NCBI RefSeq assembly: GCF_003790525.1
Contig: NZ_CP033635.1
Strand: one strand, 5' to 3'
From: Escherichia coli
GTDB taxonomy: Bacteria > Pseudomonadota > Gammaproteobacteria > Enterobacterales > Enterobacteriaceae
Length of the DNA stretch: 64,000 nt
In this document: positions 56,187 to 64,000 of the stretch, piece by piece
Layout: every line of letters begins with the position of its first letter
Numbering within the stretch: the first letter of the stretch is position 1
The notes under the pieces: model-generated
The model's database searches: none
What the model was told of the DNA's origin: nothing
Seen by the model: only the letters and a program-made list of their open reading frames with translations
Translations under genes and position numbers: made by a program

Positions 56187-56798
56187 ATGAACATGCCAAT
56201 GACCGAAAGAATAAAAGCAGGCAAGCTATTTACCGATATGTGCGAAGGCTTACCGGAAAAAAGACTTCGTGGGAAAACGTTAATGTATGAGTTTAATCAC
56301 TCGCATCCATCAGAAGTTGAAAAAAGAGAAAGCCTGATTAAAGAAATGTTTGCCACGGTAGGGGAAAACGCCTGGATAGAACCACCCGTCTATTTCTCTT
56401 ACGGTTCCAACATCCATATAGGCCGCAATTTTTATGCAAATTTCAATTTAACCATTGTAGACGACTACACGGTAACGATCGGTGATAACGTATTGATTGC
56501 ACCCAATGTTACTCTTTCCGTTACGGGACACCCTGTACACCATGAATTGAGAAAAAACGGTGAGATGTACTCTTTTCCGATAACGATTGGCAATAACGTC
56601 TGGATCGGAAGTCATGTGGTCATTAATCCAGGCGTCACCATCGGGGATAATTCTGTTATTGGCGCGGGTAGTGTCGTCATAAAAGACATTCCACCAAACG
56701 TCGTGGCTGCTGGCGTTCCTTGCCGGGTTATTCGCGAAATAAACGAGCGGGATAAGCACTATTATTACAAAGATTATAAAGTTGAACCTTCAGTTTAA
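56187..56798 (+). CDS. lacA: Galactoside O-acetyltransferase (thiogalactoside transacetylase)
   Basis: ORF 56136-56798; start placed at MNMPMTERIKAGKLFTDMCEGLPEKRLRGK... (203 aa); hexapeptide-repeat acetyltransferase. Confidence 0.95.
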   Translation: MNMPMTERIKAGKLFTDMCEGLPEKRLRGKTLMYEFNHSHPSEVEKRESLIKEMFATVGENAWIEPPVYFSYGSNIHIGRNFYANFNLTIVDDYTVTIGDNVLIAPNVTLSVTGHPVHHELRKNGEMYSFPITIGNNVWIGSHVVINPGVTIGDNSVIGAGSVVIKDIPPNVVAAGVPCRVIREINERDKHYYYKDYKVEPSV

Positions 56799-56813
56799 AT
56801 AAGCACTGAAATA

Positions 56814-56846
56814 AATGTCGGATGCGCCATTGGGCACATCCGACAA
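56814..56846. repeat. REP-like palindrome downstream of lacA
   Basis: gtcggatgcgcc-attgg-gcacatccgac inverted repeat; may also serve as a terminator hairpin between convergent lacA and cynX. Confidence 0.55.
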
Positions 56847-56885
56847 TAATTCACTCTTCCATTATCTGGCGAAACAAGCATCGCA

Positions 56886-58040
56886 TCATGCCTCTTTGAC
56901 CCACAGCTGCGGAAAACGTGCTGGTGCAAAACGCAGGGTTATGATCATCAGCCCAACGACGCACAGCACATGAAACGCCCAGTCCATCAGGTAATTGCCG
57001 CTGATACTACGCAGCACACCAGAAAACCACGGGGCAAGCCCGGCGATGATAAAACCGATCCCCTGCATAAACGCCACCAGTTTGCCAGCAATAGCGGGTT
57101 GCGCAGAGTGATCGAGCGCCAGCAGCAAACAGAGCGGAAATGCGCCGCCCAGACCTAAACCACACACCATCGCCCAGAAGACCGGCAATTGCAGCGGCAG
57201 CCAGATAAAGCCGCAGAAACCCACCAGTTGTAACGCCAGCGCCAGCATCAAAAGTTTGCGCCGATCCTGATGGCGAGCCATAGCAGGCATCAGCAATGCC
57301 CCCGCAGCTTGCCCAAGCGTCATCAACGCCAGCAAGGAACCGCTGTACTGCGCGCTGGCACCAATCTCAATATAGAAAGCGGGTAACCAGGCAATCAGGC
57401 TGGCGTAACCACCGTTAATCAGACCGAAGTAAACACCCAGCGTCCACGCGCGGGGAGTGAATACCACGCGAACCGGAGTGGTTGTTGTCTTGTGAGAAGA
57501 GGCGACCTCGCGGGCGCTTTGCCACCACCAGGCAAAGAGCGCAACAACGGCAGGCAGCGCCCACCAGGCGAGTGTTTGATACCAGGTTTCGCTATGTTGA
57601 ACTAACCAGGGCGTAATGGCGGCACCAAGTCCACCGCCGCCCATCAGAGCCGCGGACCACAGCCCCATCACCAGTGGCGTACGGTGCTGAAACCGCCGCT
57701 TAATTACCGAAGGCATCACTGCCTGAATGATGCCGATCCCCACTCCACCAAGCAGTGCGCTGCTAAGCAACAGCGCACTTTGGGGGTAAAGCTCACGCAT
57801 CAATGCACCGACGGCAATCAGTAACAAACTGATGGCGACGCTGCGACGTTCGCTGACATGCTGATGAAGCCAGCTTCCGGCCAGCGCCAGCCCGCCCATG
57901 GTAACCACCGGCAGAGCGGTCAACAGGGCAGCCACGCTAAAGCTCATTCCGCTTGCCTGGCGCAATTGCGGTAGCAGTGGCCCGACGGAGGTGAGCAGTG
58001 GTCGCATATTAAGACCAATCAGCACCAGAACCAGCAGCAT
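56886..58040 (-). CDS. cynX: Cyanate transporter CynX (MFS)
   Basis: ORF 56886-58067; start placed at MLLVLVLIGLNMRPLLTSVGPLL... (384 aa). Confidence 0.88.
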   Translation of the reverse strand: MLLVLVLIGLNMRPLLTSVGPLLPQLRQASGMSFSVAALLTALPVVTMGGLALAGSWLHQHVSERRSVAISLLLIAVGALMRELYPQSALLLSSALLGGVGIGIIQAVMPSVIKRRFQHRTPLVMGLWSAALMGGGGLGAAITPWLVQHSETWYQTLAWWALPAVVALFAWWWQSAREVASSHKTTTTPVRVVFTPRAWTLGVYFGLINGGYASLIAWLPAFYIEIGASAQYSGSLLALMTLGQAAGALLMPAMARHQDRRKLLMLALALQLVGFCGFIWLPLQLPVFWAMVCGLGLGGAFPLCLLLALDHSAQPAIAGKLVAFMQGIGFIIAGLAPWFSGVLRSISGNYLMDWAFHVLCVVGLMIITLRFAPARFPQLWVKEA

Positions 58041-58072
58041 CGTGAACGTCTTTTGATGGTTACGCATGGCTG

Positions 58073-58561
<489 letters not shown>

Positions 58562-58573
58562 TTAAAAATAAGG

Positions 58574-59233
58574 TTACGCTGCGGTCGGTTGGCGTAGCGG
58601 TATGGCACAAACGCGAGGATTAGCGGCCAGTGGCACAAACTGGCGGGTTGCGCCGTCAAAAGCTGCGATGCTGCCGCTTGCAATGTCGTAGACCCAGCCG
58701 TGCAGGGCGATCCGCCCCTCTTCGAGCGCCAGGCGCACCGATGGATGAGTTTGCAAATTAGCCAACTGAGCAATGACGTTTTCACGTACCATCGCCGCAG
58801 CTTTTGACGGTAAATCGGGATGCGGGCGCGCCTCATTAACGACGCGGGCTGAATCGGCATAACGCAGCCAGTGGGAGACGGCAGGCATATGGTCCATGCA
58901 CTGACAGCTGGCAATGGCGGTCATCGCGCCACAGTTGGAATGACCGCAAATCACAATGTCAGATACCCGAAGCGCAGCGACGGCGTACTCCACCGAAGCA
59001 GAAACGCCACCGGGTTCCGGCCCGTAGGAAGGGACGATATTGCCCGCGTTGCGAATAACGAACAGATCGCCAGGCTCACGTTGCGTCACCAGCTCAGGGA
59101 CCAGACGGCTGTCGGAGCAGGAGATAAAAAGTGTGCGCGGGCTTTGCTGTGTCGCCAGCTGTTTAAACAAGGCTTCCCGCTTCGGAAATGCCTCGCGCTG
59201 GAATTTAAGGAATCCATCAATAATCTCTTTCAC
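58574..59233 (-). CDS. cynT: Beta-class carbonic anhydrase CynT
   Basis: 219-aa [46 protein letters not shown]...; zinc-ligand motifs CxDxR / HxxCG. Confidence 0.95.
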   Translation of the reverse strand: MKEIIDGFLKFQREAFPKREALFKQLATQQSPRTLFISCSDSRLVPELVTQREPGDLFVIRNAGNIVPSYGPEPGGVSASVEYAVAALRVSDIVICGHSNCGAMTAIASCQCMDHMPAVSHWLRYADSARVVNEARPHPDLPSKAAAMVRENVIAQLANLQTHPSVRLALEEGRIALHGWVYDIASGSIAAFDGATRQFVPLAANPRVCAIPLRQPTAA

Positions 59234-59342
59234 CGTTAACCTCTGTCTGTCTCTGGAATGAGAGGCAGACTACTCGCCGATTGTCATAAGGTAAAAGTCT
59301 CATTTATGATGAGTTCTATTGGATTTACTTATAGGTTGGCGA

Positions 59343-60242
59343 ATGCTCTCTCGACATATCAATTATTTTCTTGCCGTGGCTGAACATGGCAGCTTTACCC
59401 GTGCCGCCAGTGCGTTGCACGTCTCCCAGCCTGCGCTTTCCCAGCAGATTCGCCAGTTAGAGGAGAGTTTAGGCGTGCCGCTGTTTGACCGTAGCGGGCG
59501 AACGATTCGTCTCACTGATGCGGGAGAAGTCTGGCGACAGTACGCCAGCCGGGCGTTACAGGAACTGGGGGCGGGTAAACGGGCGATTCATGATGTTGCC
59601 GATCTGACGCGAGGATCGCTGCGTATCGCCGTCACTCCCACCTTTACAAGCTACTTTATCGGCCCTTTAATGGCGGATTTCTATGCGCGCTACCCCGGCA
59701 TCACGCTCCAGCTACAGGAAATGTCGCAGGAGAAAATCGAAGATCTGCTTTGTCGCGACGAGCTGGACGTTGGGATTGCCTTCGCGCCTGCGCATTCGCC
59801 GGAGCTGGAGGCAATTCCTTTACTGACAGAAAGTTTAGCGTTAGTCGTGGCGCAACATCATCCGCTGGCTGCCTGTGAACAGGTGGCGTTGAGTCGCTTG
59901 CATGATGAAAAACTGGTCCTGCTCAGCGCGGAATTTGCCACCAGAGAGCAAATTGACCACTACTGCGAGAAAGCGGGGCTACATCCACAGGTGGTCATTG
60001 AGGCGAACTCAATTAGCGCGGTTCTGGAGCTGATTCGCCGCACTTCCCTTTCCACATTGTTGCCAGCAGCGATTGCCACACAACATGACGGGCTTAAAGC
60101 GATTTCTCTTGCCCCACCGTTACTGGAGAGAACGGCGGTTTTGTTGCGGCGGAAAAATAGCTGGCAGACAGCCGCCGCGAAGGCATTTTTACACATGGCG
60201 TTGGATAAATGCGCGGTTGTTGGCGGAAATGAATCGCGGTAA
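59343..60242 (+). CDS. cynR: LysR-family regulator CynR
   Basis: ORF 59319-60242; start placed at [40 protein letters not shown]... (299 aa), divergent from cynTSX. Confidence 0.9.
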   Translation: MLSRHINYFLAVAEHGSFTRAASALHVSQPALSQQIRQLEESLGVPLFDRSGRTIRLTDAGEVWRQYASRALQELGAGKRAIHDVADLTRGSLRIAVTPTFTSYFIGPLMADFYARYPGITLQLQEMSQEKIEDLLCRDELDVGIAFAPAHSPELEAIPLLTESLALVVAQHHPLAACEQVALSRLHDEKLVLLSAEFATREQIDHYCEKAGLHPQVVIEANSISAVLELIRRTSLSTLLPAAIATQHDGLKAISLAPPLLERTAVLLRRKNSWQTAAAKAFLHMALDKCAVVGGNESR

Positions 60243-60254
60243 CCACTGACACAA

Positions 60255-60337
60255 TTGCCTGATGCGCTACGCTTATCAGGCCTACGAGTTCAGTGCTCTA
60301 CGTAGGCCGGATAAGGCGTTCACGCCGCATCCGGCAT
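60255..60337. repeat. REP/BIME cluster between cynR and codA
   Basis: gcctgatgcgctacgcttatcaggcctac and gtaggccggataaggcgttcacgccgcatccggca REP units. Confidence 0.7.
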
Positions 60338-60374
60338 AAACTACGCTCGCTTTGTCAACACACAGCCCAGCCGA

Positions 60375-61658
60375 TCACCGTTTGTAATCGATGGCTTCCG
60401 GCTGCTCCAGATACACGGTGGTTTGTGCCGGTTTCGTGCTGGCAATCACCTTACCACCACGTACCGAATAGCGTACCGGAACCTGACGGCGCAGCGCGTC
60501 AAACCCATTTTCAGCCGGTAGGATAATCAGGTTAGCGCTTTTTCCGGCGGCAATGCCGTAATCCTGCAAATTCAACGTCCTGGCACTGTGGTGGGTGATT
60601 AAATTCAGGCCATCGTTAATCTGCCCGTAGCCCATCAGCTGGCAAACATGCAGCCCCATATGCAGCACTTGCAGCATATTCGCCGTTCCCAGCGGATACC
60701 ACGGATCGAAGACATCATCGTGACCAAAGCAGACGTTAATGCCGGACTCCAGCATCTCTTTAACGCGCGTGATGCCGCGACGTTTTGGATACGTATCGAA
60801 ACGCCCTTGCAGATGAATATTGACCAGCGGGTTGGCGACAAAGTTAATACCGGACATTTTCAGCAAGCGGAACAGGCGCGAGGTATACGCCCCGTTATAG
60901 GAGTGCATTGCCGTAGTGTGGCTGGCGGTGACTCGCGCGCCCATGCCTTCACGGTGCGCCAGGGCGGCAACGGTTTCAACAAAGCGCGACTGTTCGTCAT
61001 CAATCTCATCACAGTGAACATCGATGAGACGGTCGTATTTTTGCGCCAGGGCGAAGGTTTTATGCAGCGACTCCACGCCATATTCACGGGTAAATTCAAA
61101 ATGCGGAATCGCCCCCACTACGTCTGCCCCTAAGCGTAACGCCTCTTCCAGCAACGCTTCACCGTTGGGATACGACAAAATCCCTTCCTGCGGGAAGGCG
61201 ACGATTTGCAGATCAATCCACGGCGCAACTTCCTGTTTCACTTCCAGCATCGCTTTCAACGCAGTCAGCGTTGCGTCGGAGACATCGACATGGGTACGCA
61301 CATGCTGAATGCCGTTGGCAATCTGCCATTTCAGCGTTTGCCAGGCGCGTTGTTTCACATCGTCATGGGTTAATAACGCTTTGCGCTCGGCCCAGCGTTC
61401 AATGCCTTCAAACAGCGTGCCGGACTGATTCCAGTTCGGTTGTCCGGCGGTTTGCGTGGTGTCCAGGTGAATATGCGGCTCCACAAACGGCGGTATAACT
61501 AAACCTTGTTCGGCATCCAGGCTGTTTTCAGTTATGGGCATCACGCCGGATTGCGCATCAATGGCGCTGATTTTTCCGTCCTGCAGATAAATCTGCCACA
61601 GCCCCTCTTTGCCAGGTAACCGGGCGTTAATAATTGTTTGTAAAGCGTTATTCGACAC
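60375..61658 (-). CDS. codA: Cytosine deaminase
   Basis: ORF 60375-61673; start placed at GTG 61656-61658 ([16 protein letters not shown]...), 427 aa; metal-dependent amidohydrolase motifs (HIHLD). Confidence 0.93.
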   Translation of the reverse strand: MSNNALQTIINARLPGKEGLWQIYLQDGKISAIDAQSGVMPITENSLDAEQGLVIPPFVEPHIHLDTTQTAGQPNWNQSGTLFEGIERWAERKALLTHDDVKQRAWQTLKWQIANGIQHVRTHVDVSDATLTALKAMLEVKQEVAPWIDLQIVAFPQEGILSYPNGEALLEEALRLGADVVGAIPHFEFTREYGVESLHKTFALAQKYDRLIDVHCDEIDDEQSRFVETVAALAHREGMGARVTASHTTAMHSYNGAYTSRLFRLLKMSGINFVANPLVNIHLQGRFDTYPKRRGITRVKEMLESGINVCFGHDDVFDPWYPLGTANMLQVLHMGLHVCQLMGYGQINDGLNLITHHSARTLNLQDYGIAAGKSANLIILPAENGFDALRRQVPVRYSVRGGKVIASTKPAQTTVYLEQPEAIDYKR

Positions 61659-62907
61659 TGTTAGCCTCCACATGCGTCATTGCTGCTGTCGTTTTACGAT
61701 TCAAAATCGGGTTAAGGATCAGATAGCTCAGCGCGCCACCTAATACCGCGTTGACCGGAACAATTCCCGGTAACCAGTGGCCTGCGGCAATCCCCAAGGC
61801 GACCGCCAGAATCGCCACCCAATTGACACTCATCATACGCGTGGTCGCAAAGTGCTCATAGCGGCGACGGTTCATCAGATAGTCAGCGATGATCACGCCC
61901 CCTACCGGAGGAATAGCTGCCGAAAGGAAGGTCAGCCAGCCGACAAAATTGTTATACAGCCATAATGCGCAGACCGTACCGATAATACCGTTGATTACCG
62001 AAAGGGTTTTGCTCGACATCCCGGTAATGTTGGCGAAACCTAAGCCCGACGCATAGAGCGCGTTATCGTTGGTGGTCCAGATATTCAGCCCCAGCACCAC
62101 AATCGCAGGCAGCAGCAGACCCTGAGCAATCATCACATCAGAGATATCCGCCATCCCCAGTGCCGCCGCGCCCGCTGCACCGAAAATAAACATCAACGAG
62201 TTGCCGAGGAAAAAGGCCACCATCGCCACCAGCACCGCCAGTTTGGCATTACGACCAAACCGGACAAAGTCAGCGGTGAGCGTGCCCGCACTGATAAATG
62301 ACCCCACAACCAGCGCCAGCGCGACATTGAAATCTAACGGTTGTGCGGGAACGACCGCTTTTAATGCGTCCAGGCCGCCCATGCCGTTAACGGCCAACCA
62401 CACGGAATAACCGCCAAGACAGGCGATAGCCGGAACTGCAATCACCGAAAGAACCGTCAGCGCCGAAATGCCAAAGAAGACGGTTACGGTCATCAGTAAA
62501 CCGGAAACGGCAATCAGCAAATTAATATCCAGCCCAGTTGCCTTGCCCACCGGAATAGCAAACATCGCCACGCCAACGCCAAACCAGCCAACCTGAGTTC
62601 CGCCCAGTAGCAGTGAAGGCAGCCATGAGCCTTTAACACCAAAAGAGAAGCGAGCAAGAAGATGAGTGGTCAGGCCGGTTTTTGCGCCAATGTAACCAAG
62701 AAATGAAGTGTAAATACCGAGGAGAAGATTACCGATGAGGACTGCGAGGAAGAAATCATGATAGCTAAGACCGGTTCCGAGAGTGCCGCCGGTCCACATA
62801 CTGGCGGAAAAGAAGGTTAATCCCAGCATGACGAACGTCAATGCCAATACCCCTTTCCGCGCCGACTGCGGGACTGGCCCCTGGCTAAAGTTGTTATCTT
62901 GCGACAC
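61648..62907 (-). CDS. codB: Cytosine permease (NCS1 family)
   Basis: 419-aa [36 protein letters not shown]...; 11-bp overlap with codA. Confidence 0.93.
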   Translation of the reverse strand: MSQDNNFSQGPVPQSARKGVLALTFVMLGLTFFSASMWTGGTLGTGLSYHDFFLAVLIGNLLLGIYTSFLGYIGAKTGLTTHLLARFSFGVKGSWLPSLLLGGTQVGWFGVGVAMFAIPVGKATGLDINLLIAVSGLLMTVTVFFGISALTVLSVIAVPAIACLGGYSVWLAVNGMGGLDALKAVVPAQPLDFNVALALVVGSFISAGTLTADFVRFGRNAKLAVLVAMVAFFLGNSLMFIFGAAGAAALGMADISDVMIAQGLLLPAIVVLGLNIWTTNDNALYASGLGFANITGMSSKTLSVINGIIGTVCALWLYNNFVGWLTFLSAAIPPVGGVIIADYLMNRRRYEHFATTRMMSVNWVAILAVALGIAAGHWLPGIVPVNAVLGGALSYLILNPILNRKTTAAMTHVEANSVE

Positions 62908-63069
62908 GAAATTCCCCCTTTTTGCTGTTTGAAACCCAAAAAATCCGCCGCATTCTATTCATCTGAAGATAAAAAGCAATCGTTTTCGTAGGGGAATATA
63001 TTTTTTATATGAATGAGTGCAAAAAGGTGGGGGAAAAATTATCGGTGTAAAAACAGTGGGTAGGCATAA

Positions 63070-63138
63070 TAAGACGCGGTAAGCGTCGCATCAGGCATCG
63101 GCGCATGGTGTCGGATGCGCCAGGCGACGCATCCGACA
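63070..63138. repeat. REP/BIME cluster between codB and prpE
   Basis: gacgcggtaagcgtcgcatcaggcat and gtcggatgcgccaggcgacgcatccgac REP-type palindromes. Confidence 0.7.
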
Positions 63139-63143
63139 ATAAC

Positions 63144-64000
63144 CTACTCTTCCATCGCCTGGCGGATCTGATCCAACGACGCAGGATCATCAATGGTCGT
63201 CAGATCCCCAGGATCGCGTCCTTCGCAAATCGCCTGGATCGTGCGGCGCAGCATTTTTCCGGATCGCGTTTTCGGCAATTGCGAGACAAACCAGACGTGC
63301 GCCGGGCGGCCAAAGTTGCCAATCTGGCTGTCCACCAGCGCCATAATCGCCTTCTCTTGCGAATGCGCCACCTCACGATCTTCCAGACTGTCGCTCTCTT
63401 TCGGAATGACAAACGCCACCGCCACCTGCCCTTTCAGCGCATCTTTCACCCCAACCACCGCCACTTCGGCAACGCCCGGATGACTGGAGATACTCTCTTC
63501 AATCTCGCGCGTCCCCAGCCGATGCCCGGCAACGTTAATCACATCATCAGTACGCCCCAGGATAAAGTGATAGCCGTCAGCATCGCGGATGCCCCAGTCA
63601 AAAGTGGCGTACACCGGACGGGAAAACAGCGACCAGTACGTCTTCACAAAGCGGTCGTCGTCGCCCCAGATGGTCTGAATACAGCCTGGCGGCAATGGCC
63701 CCTCCACCACCAGCATCCCTTTCTCATTGACGCCACACGGTTCGCCGGTGACTTCATTAAGCAACTGCACGTTATAGCCATACATCGGCACGCCGGGGCT
63801 TCCCAGACGCGTCGGCCTGTCGTCCAGACCGCGAGCAATCGCCATAATCGGCCAGCCGGATTCGGTCTGCCAGTAGTTGTCGATGACCGGCACATCCAGC
63901 GTATTGCTCACCCAACTGGCGGTCGGCTCGTCCAGCGGTTCTCCAGCCAGATAGAGCACTTCCAGCGACGAGAGATCGTGTTTGCGAATTTCAGCGGTAG
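63144..64000 (-). CDS. prpE: Propionyl-CoA synthetase PrpE, C-terminal part; 5' end beyond window
   Basis: Reading frame open to the window end; C-terminal acyl-CoA synthetase (adenylate-forming) sequence ...GKMLRRTIQAICEGRDPGDLTTIDDPASLDQIRQAMEE. Confidence 0.85.
   Translation of the reverse strand, partial: TAEIRKHDLSSLEVLYLAGEPLDEPTASWVSNTLDVPVIDNYWQTESGWPIMAIARGLDDRPTRLGSPGVPMYGYNVQLLNEVTGEPCGVNEKGMLVVEGPLPPGCIQTIWGDDDRFVKTYWSLFSRPVYATFDWGIRDADGYHFILGRTDDVINVAGHRLGTREIEESISSHPGVAEVAVVGVKDALKGQVAVAFVIPKESDSLEDREVAHSQEKAIMALVDSQIGNFGRPAHVWFVSQLPKTRSGKMLRRTIQAICEGRDPGDLTTIDDPASLDQIRQAMEE

Noticed and set aside
60648-61133. 161-aa ORF antisense to codA
   Set aside because: Contained in the codA coding region; artefact.

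Overview
This window reads as a contiguous, syntenic stretch of Escherichia coli core chromosome: the lac region and its neighbours, running from proY (partial) to prpE (partial) with about 60 protein-coding genes. I found no previously undescribed system, and no mobile element, prophage, CRISPR array, tRNA or rRNA. Gene calls rest on recognising the translated ORFs from memory of the E. coli proteins; no database search was run, so the comparisons with K-12 and the starts adjusted from the ORF track are from recall. The strain is not K-12 MG1655-like at two loci: yaiT and yaiX are uninterrupted ORFs here, whereas I recall both as IS-disrupted in MG1655; the lac control region also differs from the sequence I recall at a few positions. 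The two most interesting regions are both poorly characterised accessory-like modules behind long AT-rich leaders: (1) yaiS-yaiP-yaiX-yaiO, a tight four-gene cluster that looks like a surface-glycan synthesis/export module; (2) an intact yaiT autotransporter followed 40 bp later by the Crp/Fnr-like regulator yaiV. Directly visible regulatory structure includes a perfect 19-bp inverted repeat with G6/C6 tracts in the frmR promoter, a perfect 17-bp palindrome between mhpR and mhpA, Pho boxes upstream of phoB and phoA, lac O1/O2/O3 with the CAP site, and many REP/BIME repeats in intergenic gaps. The remaining loci are well-characterised operons.
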